Source: an uncultured Selenomonadales bacterium
Lineage (GTDB): Bacteria; Bacillota; Negativicutes; Selenomonadales; Selenomonadaceae
Length of the DNA: 64,000 nt
Assembly (NCBI GenBank): GCA_946408355.1
Contig: CAMJRX010000005.1
Span: 11,568-75,567 of the forward strand
Direction: 5' to 3'
The notes below the pieces were generated by a model that did not search any database, was not told where the DNA came from, and was given only the letters and a program-made list of their open reading frames with translations. The position numbers and the translations under genes were made by a program. Positions 20,325-29,282 of this stretch are shown piece by piece. Each line of letters opens with the position of its first letter. The first letter of the stretch is position 1.

Positions 20325-21275
20325 CTAAAATTTATTCGTCAATCCAAGTTCCGAAATCAATTTTAAATCGCTTTTGATATTCGTATTCGACGTAGTGAGC
20401 ATATTTCCTGTAATTGCGGCGGAGGCTCCGTGCAAAAACGCCGACGCTCCGTTATCAGGCAAAAATTTTCTTCCTGCGGCTAATCTGACATTTGCAGTCG
20501 GATTTATGTATCGGAAAATTGCAATCGTGCGAAAAATGTCTTCAGGCGCGAGCAGTGGCAGATTTTCAAGCGGCGTCCCTTTAATCGGATTCAAAACGTT
20601 AATTGGAATGGATTTTATATTAAGCGCGGCAAGTTCAAATGCCAAATCAATTCTATCTTGCCAATTTTCGCCCATACCGATTATCCCGCCGCTACAAACT
20701 TCCAAACCAGCGGCTTGCGCAAGTTTAATCGTCCTGATTCTGTCGTCGAAAGTGTGCGTCGTGCAAATGTGCGGAAAATATCTGCGCGAAGTCTCCAAAT
20801 TGTGATGATAACGCTTAACGCCCGCCGCCCGTAATTTTTTTAGCTGTTCATAAGTCAAAATACCATGCGAGGCGCAAAGTTCAAGCTTAACTTTATCGCG
20901 TAAAACTTTATAAGCCTCAATCGCCCGTTCAAAATTTTTTTCGTCAAGATTGCGACCGCTTGTCACTATAGAAAATCTGTTAACGCCTGCTTGTTCATCA
21001 GCCAATGCAACTTCTAAAATTTTTTCTGTCGGCAAGAAGTTATATTCGTTGACGCCGGTTTTGTGCCGCGCAGATTGAGCGCAATATTTGCAATCCTCGC
21101 CGCAACGACCGCTTTTGCCGTTAATAATCGTGCACAAGTCGATATGCTTGCCGCAAAATTTTTTCTGAATCAATGCCGCGCCTTTTTGCAAATCTTCAAG
21201 CGGCGTCGTCAATAAAAATTTTAAATCGTCGTTGGGTTTAAGGCGTTCGCCGCTAATAATTTTTTCTGCAATCAA
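20325..21275 (-). CDS. bioB: Biotin synthase
   Basis: Radical-SAM motif CGEDCKYCAQS. BioB-like throughout. TTG start. Confidence 0.9.
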   Translation of the reverse strand: MIAEKIISGERLKPNDDLKFLLTTPLEDLQKGAALIQKKFCGKHIDLCTIINGKSGRCGEDCKYCAQSARHKTGVNEYNFLPTEKILEVALADEQAGVNRFSIVTSGRNLDEKNFERAIEAYKVLRDKVKLELCASHGILTYEQLKKLRAAGVKRYHHNLETSRRYFPHICTTHTFDDRIRTIKLAQAAGLEVCSGGIIGMGENWQDRIDLAFELAALNIKSIPINVLNPIKGTPLENLPLLAPEDIFRTIAIFRYINPTANVRLAAGRKFLPDNGASAFLHGASAAITGNMLTTSNTNIKSDLKLISELGLTNKF

Positions 21276-21305
21276 AATTATCGCCTCTCCAAAAATTTTT
21301 AGCTG

Positions 21306-21348
21306 TTGTTAACGCGCCGATTATACATTGACTGATTGTTAACGTCAA
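21306..21348 (-). promoter_or_regulatory. bioB promoter with two TTGTTAACG boxes (candidate BirA operator)
   Basis: On the minus strand: TTGACG (21348-21343), a 17-nt spacer, TATAAT (21325-21320). Identical 9-mers TTGTTAACG sit at 21306-21314 and 21336-21344, each containing the palindromic core GTTAAC. Confidence 0.4.
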
Positions 21349-21373
21349 TGAATTTAATTGTTTACTTTAAGCA

Positions 21374-21414
21374 TAAAAAAATAGAGCGCGTCTCCGCATT
21401 TGGAAACGTGCTCT
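21374..21414 (-). terminator. Rho-independent terminator after the biotin-carrier gene
   Basis: On the minus strand, AGAGCACGU..ACGCGCUCU forms a stem of about 9 bp and is followed by a U-run. Confidence 0.55.
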
Positions 21415-21432
21415 TTAATTTACGAAAAATTT

Positions 21433-21828
21433 TTAGCCGAGAATAACGAGCGACTCGTGGGCTTTGACGCTTTGACCTGCCGCGACGTTGAATTTTTTAA
21501 CGGTGCCGTCGGCGTCAGCAGTGATTTCGTTCTGCATTTTCATAGCTTCGAGGATAAGGAGGACATCGCCCGCTTTGACTGCTGAACCTTCAGCCGCAAC
21601 GAGTTTGATAACTTTGCCGGGCATTGGGGCGTCGATTGAATGTTCGCCTGCGCCCGCCGCAACTTTGGGAGCCGCCGCAGGAGCTGCCGCTTTCGGTGCG
21701 GGAGCAGGAGCCGCCGCTTTGGGAGCAGGAGCCGCTACTTTCGGTGCACCGCCCGCCGCTTTTACTTCCTCGACCTCAACTTCATAAGTCGTGCCGTTTA
21801 CAGTGACGTTGAATTTTTTTGTTGCCAT
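21433..21828 (-). CDS. Biotin carboxyl carrier subunit (1.3S/gamma-type) with an Ala/Pro-rich linker
   Basis: EAMKMQNEI biotinylation motif. (AAPAPK)n linker. Confidence 0.85.
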   Translation of the reverse strand: MATKKFNVTVNGTTYEVEVEEVKAAGGAPKVAAPAPKAAAPAPAPKAAAPAAAPKVAAGAGEHSIDAPMPGKVIKLVAAEGSAVKAGDVLLILEAMKMQNEITADADGTVKKFNVAAGQSVKAHESLVILG

Positions 21829-21846
21829 TGAAATTTTACCTCCGAA

Positions 21847-21984
21847 TTAACGATTAATCTTGGACGCCAACGCCCAGTTGTCATTGCGTTTAATTTTGAC
21901 TGCGACGACTTTACCGCCGCCACATACAGCTTGAACCGCCGCCGTGATTGCCGCGATAATTTCCGGTTTAATTTTTTCAGCCAC
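21847..21984 (-). CDS. Small (45 aa) ORF between the carboxyltransferase and biotin-carrier genes (OadG/Mmd small-subunit-like?)
   Basis: Not in the ORF track in this form. GTG at 21984 lies 8 nt after AAGGAGG. It translates to AEKIKPEIIAAITAAVQAVCGGGKVVAVKIKRNDNWALASKINR. It fits the gap exactly, whereas the 21798-22058 track ORF overlaps both neighbours. Confidence 0.45.
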   Translation of the reverse strand: MAEKIKPEIIAAITAAVQAVCGGGKVVAVKIKRNDNWALASKINR

Positions 21985-21996
21985 AGTAACTCCTCC

Positions 21997-23526
21997 TTAG
22001 AGCGGAATGTTGCCGTGTTTTTTAGCGGGACCGACTTCGCGCTTGCTTGCGAGGGCATTTAACGCCGTGATAATGAGCGGACGAGTTTCTTTTGGCTCAA
22101 TAACCATGTCAGCATAGCCGCGTTCAGCCGCTTTGTAAGGTGTTGCAAACTCTTCGACGTATTCGGCAGTCTTCTTGTCCTTTTCGGGGTCTTTTCGGAA
22201 AATAATGTTCGCCGCGCCTGCAGGTCCCATAACCGCAATTTCTGCTGAAGGCCACGCCATAACTTGATCTGCGCCCAATTCACGACAGCACATCGCGATA
22301 TACGAGCCGCCATAAGCCTTGCGCGTTATAACCGTAACTTTCGGAACTGTTGCTTCGGAATAAGCGTAAAGCATTTTCGCGCCGTGACGGATAATGCCGT
22401 TATATTCTTGGTCGACGCCGGGCAAGAATCCAGGAACGTCAACTAAATTCACGAGCGGCAGATTAAAGGCGTCGCAGAAACGAATAAACCGCGCAGATTT
22501 ATCAGAGGCGTCAACGTCTAAGCAACCCGCCATAACCGCCGGCTGATTCGCGATAATGCCAACACTGCGTCCACCGAAACGCGCAAAGCATGTGATAATA
22601 TTCGTTGCGAAGTGCTGATGAACTTCGTAGAATTCGCCGTTGTCGACAATCATGCGAATAACGTCTTTCATGTCGTAAGGCGCGTTGGGATTGTCGGGAA
22701 TAATCGTGTTGAGTTCCTCGTCTTGACGGTCGGGGTCGTCGTCATTGTAAACAAGAGGCGCGTCCTCTAAGTTGTTGCTGGGCAGGAAACTAAGCAGATA
22801 ACGGATTTGCTCAATGCAATCTTTTTCGTCTTCTGCCGCGAAGTGTGCAACGCCCGAACGAGTGTTATGCGTCATTGCGCCGCCGAGTTCCTCTGCAGTG
22901 ACTTCTTCAGCCGTAACGGATTTAATAACCGCAGGTCCCGTAATAAACATCTGGCTGGTATTTTTAACCATGTAGATAAAATCGGTGATTGCAGGGGAAT
23001 AAACCGCACCGCCCGCGCAAGGTCCCATAATTACGGAAATTTGCGGAATGACGCCTGAAGCCGCCGTATTGCGGAAGAAAATTCCTGCGTAACCGCTAAG
23101 TGCGTCGACAGCCTCTTGAATACGTGCGCCGCCCGAATCGTTAATGCCGATAAGCGGTGCGCCCATTTTCATTGCCAAATCCATGACTTTCCAAATTTTA
23201 TGCGCGTGTTTTTCACCGAGAGAGCCGCCTTCAACTGTGAAGTCTTGAGCGAACGCATAAACCAAACGTCCGTCAACAGTACCGTAACCAGTGACGACGC
23301 CTTCGCCAGGTAATTCTTTTTTCTCTTGTCCAAAATTGGTGCAACGGTGCTTAACAAACATATCGAGTTCAACGAAAGTACCCTCATCGAAAAACATTTC
23401 GATACGTTCGCGAGCAGTCATCTTGCCTTTTTCGTGCTGTTTATCAATTCTTACCTTGCCGCCGCCTTGAAGAATATGTTCCTTCTTGGAGTGCATTAAG
23501 GCAATTTTTTCTTGAACTGTCGCCAT
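21997..23526 (-). CDS. Methylmalonyl-CoA carboxyltransferase / decarboxylase alpha (PccB/12S family)
   Basis: 509 aa. Carboxyl transferase family pattern throughout (GGARIQE, MGPCAGGAVYSPA, ...). Confidence 0.9.
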   Translation of the reverse strand: MATVQEKIALMHSKKEHILQGGGKVRIDKQHEKGKMTARERIEMFFDEGTFVELDMFVKHRCTNFGQEKKELPGEGVVTGYGTVDGRLVYAFAQDFTVEGGSLGEKHAHKIWKVMDLAMKMGAPLIGINDSGGARIQEAVDALSGYAGIFFRNTAASGVIPQISVIMGPCAGGAVYSPAITDFIYMVKNTSQMFITGPAVIKSVTAEEVTAEELGGAMTHNTRSGVAHFAAEDEKDCIEQIRYLLSFLPSNNLEDAPLVYNDDDPDRQDEELNTIIPDNPNAPYDMKDVIRMIVDNGEFYEVHQHFATNIITCFARFGGRSVGIIANQPAVMAGCLDVDASDKSARFIRFCDAFNLPLVNLVDVPGFLPGVDQEYNGIIRHGAKMLYAYSEATVPKVTVITRKAYGGSYIAMCCRELGADQVMAWPSAEIAVMGPAGAANIIFRKDPEKDKKTAEYVEEFATPYKAAERGYADMVIEPKETRPLIITALNALASKREVGPAKKHGNIPL

Positions 23527-23553
23527 TAAATAATCAACACCCTTTCAAACGCC

Positions 23554-23970
23554 TTATTTAATCGGTTGACAAAGCTCCAAAAGGACGCCGTGAGTTGCTT
23601 TCGGGTGAATGAACGCAATCATCTTGTTGCCGGCACCTTTGCGCGGTTTTTCGTCGATAAGCTTAACGCCTTTTTCCTTGAGGTCGGCAAGTGCCGCTTC
23701 CAAATCGTCAACGAGCAATGCGATATGTTGAATGCCGCCGCGTCCGCCTTGTTTTTCCATGAACTTTGCAATCGGGCTGGATTCTTCCGTAGCAACGAGC
23801 AATTCAATTTCGCTGCCATTGGGCGTAGGATAAAAACCCGTCGTAACTTTCTGCTCAGCAACGGTTTCTTCGCCGGTCGACTTCAAGCCGAGCAATTCCC
23901 AGAACGCGCCGACTTCCGCTAAATCTTTTGCCGCAATGCCAATGTGGTCTACGCCAAGAACTTTGAACAT
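23554..23970 (-). CDS. mce: Methylmalonyl-CoA epimerase (VOC family)
   Basis: 138 aa. LGVDHIGIA...IQHIAL...HP VOC pattern, plus its context next to the carboxyltransferase. Confidence 0.8.
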   Translation of the reverse strand: MFKVLGVDHIGIAAKDLAEVGAFWELLGLKSTGEETVAEQKVTTGFYPTPNGSEIELLVATEESSPIAKFMEKQGGRGGIQHIALLVDDLEAALADLKEKGVKLIDEKPRKGAGNKMIAFIHPKATHGVLLELCQPIK

Positions 23971-23999
23971 TTCATTAAAACCTCCTAAAATATTATCTG

Positions 24000-24602
24000 T
24001 TAAATTTCCCTAAAAATTTTTACGCGAGTGCCCGTCGGAACTTTTTCAAGCGGCTCCGGCTCTTCCAACTTTTCGCCGAAAACGAGTTGGGCAACCAAAT
24101 CCCAGCTTTCAGGGAGGTCGAAAATCTGTTTAATCGGCTCGTCAATCAGCGGGTTGTAGTGCTGAAGGTTCGCGCCCAGTCCCAAGTCCTCAAGTGCCGT
24201 CCAAACCGCGAACTGCAACATACCGTTAGCCTGCATTGCCCAGCCGGGGAAATTGTGCTTGTATTCGGGGAATTGATCTTGCATGGCCTTAATCATATTG
24301 CTTGATTCAAAGAAAAGAATCGTGCCGTAAGCCGCCTCGAAACTGTCAAGTTTTGCTTTCGTGTCAGCGAATTTGCTTGCAGGGATAATAGCCTTGAGTA
24401 CGTTATTGGCGCAGTGCCAAACGTTTTCGTGATGCTCAAGCATTGTCACTACGACGCGAGCCGATTGCATATGAAACGCCGACGGAGTGTCTTTAGTCAT
24501 GCGCTCAACCGCCGCGATTATTTCCGACTGAAGAACGGGAATATTTCTGCCGAGCTTGTAAATTGAACGGCGGCTTTTAACTGCTTCTTGAAAAATCTTC
24601 AT
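24000..24602 (-). CDS. Nitroreductase-family protein
   Basis: N-terminal RRSIYKL motif, with size and pattern matching the family. Confidence 0.7.
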   Translation of the reverse strand: MKIFQEAVKSRRSIYKLGRNIPVLQSEIIAAVERMTKDTPSAFHMQSARVVVTMLEHHENVWHCANNVLKAIIPASKFADTKAKLDSFEAAYGTILFFESSNMIKAMQDQFPEYKHNFPGWAMQANGMLQFAVWTALEDLGLGANLQHYNPLIDEPIKQIFDLPESWDLVAQLVFGEKLEEPEPLEKVPTGTRVKIFREI

Positions 24603-24639
24603 TTTAACTTCTCCTTACCCACTAACCCCAAAATTTTTT

Positions 24640-24924
24640 CTATTCGATAAAAGCTTTTCCGTTGGACTTTGCGCCCATAGCGATTGCCGGATTAATCCAA
24701 TTTCCATTTGAATCGTAGCTCATCATTCGGTTTTTTATCGCCTGCGGATTGGTATAAGCAATGCCGTTGCCCGCCGATTGCTCCATAGAAGAAATAACAA
24801 CTTTATAAGCCTTGCTATTGGTGTCTATTTCTGCGTCCTGCAATTTTTTTATTCCGGCTTTGCTTTTAATTGATTCGCCTTGCATTTGCCGAATAAAATC
24901 GCTTACGTCCCTAACCATTAACAT
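24640..24924 (-). CDS. Hypothetical protein (94 aa)
   Basis: An ORF preceded by AAGGAGGAG. I recognise no domain. Confidence 0.45.
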   Translation of the reverse strand: MLMVRDVSDFIRQMQGESIKSKAGIKKLQDAEIDTNSKAYKVVISSMEQSAGNGIAYTNPQAIKNRMMSYDSNGNWINPAIAMGAKSNGKAFIE

Positions 24925-24966
24925 AAAAACTCCTCCTTGAGTAAATTTGCTCCTGACGTATCAGAT

Positions 24967-26472
24967 TTATTTGCGCATATCTCCTGTCTCAAGGAAGCGC
25001 GTATGGAAACTCAATGCCTCGTGCAAAAGGTGCGGCGTGGCTGCTTTCTTCGTCGCGGCAAGTGCGCGTTCGTAATAATCAAGCAACATCGGACGATAAT
25101 CGGGGTGTGCGCATTTGTTAATAACTTCCAAAGCGCGTGTTCTCGGCTCAAGTCCGCGCAGGTCAGCGATACCGTATTCGCTGATGATAATGTCCACGTC
25201 GTGTTCGGTGTGGTCGATATGCGAGCAGAACGGAACGATTGAACTAATCTTGCCGCCCTTAGCTGTCGACGGCGTGTAAAAAATTGTCAAGTAAGCATTG
25301 CGAGCGAAGTCTCCACTGCCGCCGATACCGTTCATCATTTTGGTACCGGTAACGTGCGTTGAATTAATATTGCCGTAAATGTCGACTTCAAGCGCGGTGT
25401 TCATAGCGATAACGCCGAGACGGTGCACGACTTCGGGAGAGTTGGAAATTTCTTCGGGACGAAGTAAAATATATTTGCGATATTTGTCGATTCCCTTATA
25501 GAATCTTTCCATGCCGGCGGGCGACGGGCTAAACGCTGTGCCGCTTGCGAATTTGAGTTTGCCCGCGTCGATAAGGTCAAGCATTGCGTCTTGAATAACT
25601 TCCGTGTAGACAACCAAATCCGTCATGTCGCCTTCGACGAAACCTTCCAAAACCGCATTAGCAACGTTGCCGACGCCCGATTGAAGCGGCAAAAGTCCTT
25701 TAGGCATACGACCGGCTTTAATTTCCGCCCGCAAAAGTTCAAGCGTGAACGCCGCCATTTTCTTAGAGTTTTCGTCAATCGGCGAGAGGTCGCGAGTATG
25801 GTCTTTCACGTCGCAGGGAACGATGTACTTAATTTTGTCGGGCGTGCAAGGGATAAACGTCGTGCCGATTCTGTCATCGGCGTGAACAATCGGTATCGGC
25901 AAGCGATTTGGCGGGTCAAGCGGAATATAAACGTCATGCATACCCTCAAGCTCAAGCGGCTGCGTGGTGTTGATTTCGACGACGACAGTATCCGCATTTT
26001 GAACGTAACTTGCCGCATTGCCCAATGAAGTCGTCGGGATTAAATTTCCTTCCTCAGTAATTGCGCAAGCTTCAACCAACGCGAAATCGGGTTTCTTTTT
26101 GATAAAGCCGGTGCGGGTGAGTTGTGCGCTTTCAGAGAGGTGCAAGTCGAGGTAATCAACAGTGCCGTCGTTAATTTCGGGGCGGAGTTTGCTGTCCGTT
26201 TGATAGGGCAGACGCTGTTTAATGCCTTTGACTTCGGCAAGTGCGCCGTCGAGTTCGGGACCTGTCGACGCGCCTGTCCAAATATTGACTTGAAAGGGGT
26301 CTTTTTTCATGCGCTCGGCAAGGGCAAGTGGAACTGCCTTAGGATAAGCACTCGCCGTAAATCCACTGCAAGCAATCGTCCAGCCTGGCTGAATCCAATT
26401 TGCCACTTCCTCCGCGCTAACTATCTTGCTCAACAAATCTTTGTTGCGCACTCTGTCGGTAATATCAATCAT
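24967..26472 (-). CDS. Acetyl-CoA hydrolase/transferase family (succinate CoA-transferase-like)
   Basis: 501 aa. Family pattern (GIGGSGDF, SE.GIADLRG). Confidence 0.85.
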   Translation of the reverse strand: MIDITDRVRNKDLLSKIVSAEEVANWIQPGWTIACSGFTASAYPKAVPLALAERMKKDPFQVNIWTGASTGPELDGALAEVKGIKQRLPYQTDSKLRPEINDGTVDYLDLHLSESAQLTRTGFIKKKPDFALVEACAITEEGNLIPTTSLGNAASYVQNADTVVVEINTTQPLELEGMHDVYIPLDPPNRLPIPIVHADDRIGTTFIPCTPDKIKYIVPCDVKDHTRDLSPIDENSKKMAAFTLELLRAEIKAGRMPKGLLPLQSGVGNVANAVLEGFVEGDMTDLVVYTEVIQDAMLDLIDAGKLKFASGTAFSPSPAGMERFYKGIDKYRKYILLRPEEISNSPEVVHRLGVIAMNTALEVDIYGNINSTHVTGTKMMNGIGGSGDFARNAYLTIFYTPSTAKGGKISSIVPFCSHIDHTEHDVDIIISEYGIADLRGLEPRTRALEVINKCAHPDYRPMLLDYYERALAATKKAATPHLLHEALSFHTRFLETGDMRK

Positions 26473-26564
26473 CTAAATCCTCCTTTGCATAATCAGCGAT
26501 TATAATTATCTTTGAATCGATTTATTTAAGTTTAACACGTCGATACTTCAAAATCAACTGTTGC

Positions 26565-26593
26565 AAAAAAAAATCCCGCCGAACTTTTCGACG
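26565..26593 (-). terminator. Terminator of the seven-gene operon
   Basis: On the minus strand, CGUCGAA-AAG-UUCGGCG is followed by GGA and then a U-run of nine (plus-strand A-run 26565-26573). Confidence 0.5.
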
Positions 26594-26639
26594 AAATTTT
26601 AATCATTAGAATTCCAATTCGTTTATATAGGCTTTTGGT

Positions 26640-29282
26640 TCATTTAAATTTACCAGTAATACCTAGTACCTCAACACTGCGTTTATCTCCGCGCTCTGCT
26701 GCCGTCTGCCACCATTCTAGCGCACGAGAATAACATTTTAAATTCCAAAAAATTCCTCCGAGTTCGCTGACTGAATCATTATCGCCAAGACAACTTGCAT
26801 CTAGACAGCTTTCAATCGCCGCGTGAATATTTTTCAGCGTGCCTAAACCGTTCTGGTACATGTACGCCAAATATTTAATAGATTCGACATGCCCCATTGC
26901 CGCCGCACGAGAAAAACTATTCAAAGCATTTGCGTATTTCTTTTTGTTAAAAGCCGTCTTGCCTAAAGAGAAATCATCATTTGCAGTTGAATGTTTACGC
27001 GGCTTGCCAATTTTAGGAGGCAAAAATTTTTCCGCTGATAAATTATTTTGGGCATCATTATCCAAAGTTATATCGAGCAACTGATTTTTTCTTTCGAGCA
27101 TATCATCTAAAAAATTATCCGTAGAATTTTCCGAACTAAAAACTTTACTGCTTTGTTTAGGGCAAATTAATCGCCAATTATTATAAAAATTTTTCAATGC
27201 AGAGCTTATTTTTTCCATAACAACAAAATCTTGATTCAAGAAGTCAATTTTATTGTAAATATCCTCTGCATGTTGACGAAAAATATTCAAGCAAGATTCG
27301 CGCTGATTCCGGCAAAGTGTCGATACCTGCGTAAAATATTCAATCGTTGAGGCGAAAAACTTTTGTCGCAAATTTTTTTCTAGCGCGTTGATTTTATCTT
27401 TAAAAATTTCCTCTAAATGCTGTCGTAATTCTCTGCGAAATGTTCCTGCCAAATAAAAATTTTCAAGCAACTGTTTGCGATTCGCTTTGAAGAAATGCCA
27501 ATCTCCCTCTACTTCCTGCGTACAAAGGATTCGCGTACAACGTTTAACGAGTTCCGACAATTTATCGCGTGAAAAACTTTCTGATATTCCCACGTCGAAG
27601 GGCAACATGTTAATTTTTATTTCCGGCAAATTTACACCTAAACGGGACGCACTTGAAAATGTAGAGCAAACACAATCGATAAATTCTTTTGCTTGCGTTT
27701 TATGCTCGTCAATAATTTTTTTTGTCAGATTGATTAATTGTTTTGTCTGCTCGTTGTATTCGCTTTGCAACTGATTTTCCACAGTGGCGACGGAATTTTT
27801 AAGCTCCGTAGAAATTTTCCCTTGATACAAAAGGGGCATTTTTTCTGCAGAAAAGTCCTCGCTAGCAATTAATTCATCAAAAATATTGCTAACGACCGAA
27901 TTAATCGCCTGAATAAAATTATTTATCGCGTTGCTTACGTCATATATGAGAGCTTTAGCAACTGCATTTCCGCTAATAGTTTTTTCTTGCATTGCGATTA
28001 ACAAGATTTTTTCGCGAAAAATTTCAGCTTGATGAGCGTCGACAGAAAGTTTTTTCGTTTGAATCAGTCGCATATTTTTTAAAGTATCGTCATCAATAAA
28101 CGCAACGGCGCGTTCAACTTGTCTTAATAATTTTTCTGTTGTCGACGAATTTTTTTTGAGCGATTGACGAAGATAATTTTCAAGATACGGCACGCCAGTT
28201 TTTTGTAGGAGCGATTTGCTTGACGGATTAGGCAACGCCTCAAAAAATTTTTCAAGGAAATTTGTCGTAAAAAATTCCTCGCGACCGGTTAAGCCAAGAG
28301 CCTCCGTGATTTCAGCGACAGTAAGCCATTCATCGCCGCTTGTATAGACCGTCAAAAAAACTTCGGGCGCGTCGAGGAAAAATATTGGCGCGTCGTTAAA
28401 TCCGTTTGCGTCCAGAATTTTTGCAAAGTCAAAAAAGATTTTCGCGGAATTTATCGCCACTTCTTGTTCACGCACGGCAGGACAAATCAACACAAAAATA
28501 ATTTTATTTTTATCCGGCGCATCGGCAACGGTTGCTAAAAAATTTTCCGTCCGTGCAAAGTCATTGTTCAAAGCATTAACAGCGAAGACGCAAGCATTAC
28601 AATTCGGCAAATTTTTAGCGACTTCAGCGTCAGATAAAATTTCCGTATCAAAATTCAGCCGCTCAAAAATTTTCGCTAAATGCTCGTGTTCGCCTGTAAG
28701 GATTAGTTTTATTGGCTTGTTGAAACTTTGCAAATATTTTTCGAGTTTCTCCGTTGCCGATAAAAATTCTTTAACGTAAGAAATATTTTCCTGCAATTTT
28801 AATTCGTCTGTTTTATCCTGTAAATTTTTCACGCCGTCAAGTTCTTTAAGAAGGTTAGTTGCATTGTCCATTAACTTTTGCTCAACAGCGATTGCTGAAA
28901 ATTCTTCCTCTGAACAAATTTCAAGCGGCACTTGCAGAAATGAACATTGCCGTTTAACCGCGTTCGCCACGTCAATAAAACCTTGCGGCACTACTAAAAA
29001 ATTTTTCCCCGTCGCCATAAAGTTTTCGTCATATGAAATAGCGTCTAACGCGGCGGATAAAGTTTCAACCTCAAATTCCCCCGACGCAGAAATTAATTTC
29101 GCCGCGCAAGGAAATTTAATCTCTTGAGCAACGCGGGCAGAAATTTCCGCGTCAAAATCTGGTAACAGATAAATTTTATTCGGATTGGCGTTAATGTATG
29201 CAAGTATTTCAGCTTTGACTTCGCGCAAAAATTCTTCCGGAACGGCGACGCATTTTTTATTGCTCCAAGCCAAAAGATTCAT
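26640..29282 (-). CDS. Operon gene G: large protein with C-terminal Sel1/TPR-like repeats
   Basis: 880 aa. C-terminal AAAMGHVESIKYLAYMYQNGLGTLKN.. and ..WWQTAAERGD are Sel1-type repeats. The ATG overlaps the stop of gene F (ATGA). Confidence 0.75.
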   Translation of the reverse strand: MNLLAWSNKKCVAVPEEFLREVKAEILAYINANPNKIYLLPDFDAEISARVAQEIKFPCAAKLISASGEFEVETLSAALDAISYDENFMATGKNFLVVPQGFIDVANAVKRQCSFLQVPLEICSEEEFSAIAVEQKLMDNATNLLKELDGVKNLQDKTDELKLQENISYVKEFLSATEKLEKYLQSFNKPIKLILTGEHEHLAKIFERLNFDTEILSDAEVAKNLPNCNACVFAVNALNNDFARTENFLATVADAPDKNKIIFVLICPAVREQEVAINSAKIFFDFAKILDANGFNDAPIFFLDAPEVFLTVYTSGDEWLTVAEITEALGLTGREEFFTTNFLEKFFEALPNPSSKSLLQKTGVPYLENYLRQSLKKNSSTTEKLLRQVERAVAFIDDDTLKNMRLIQTKKLSVDAHQAEIFREKILLIAMQEKTISGNAVAKALIYDVSNAINNFIQAINSVVSNIFDELIASEDFSAEKMPLLYQGKISTELKNSVATVENQLQSEYNEQTKQLINLTKKIIDEHKTQAKEFIDCVCSTFSSASRLGVNLPEIKINMLPFDVGISESFSRDKLSELVKRCTRILCTQEVEGDWHFFKANRKQLLENFYLAGTFRRELRQHLEEIFKDKINALEKNLRQKFFASTIEYFTQVSTLCRNQRESCLNIFRQHAEDIYNKIDFLNQDFVVMEKISSALKNFYNNWRLICPKQSSKVFSSENSTDNFLDDMLERKNQLLDITLDNDAQNNLSAEKFLPPKIGKPRKHSTANDDFSLGKTAFNKKKYANALNSFSRAAAMGHVESIKYLAYMYQNGLGTLKNIHAAIESCLDASCLGDNDSVSELGGIFWNLKCYSRALEWWQTAAERGDKRSVEVLGITGKFK

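Noticed and set aside
21798-22058. 86-aa track ORF between the carboxyltransferase and biotin-carrier genes
   Set aside because: It overlaps both neighbours, is basic and low-complexity, and has no SD. The 45-aa GTG ORF in another frame (21847-21984) fits the gap and has a strong SD.
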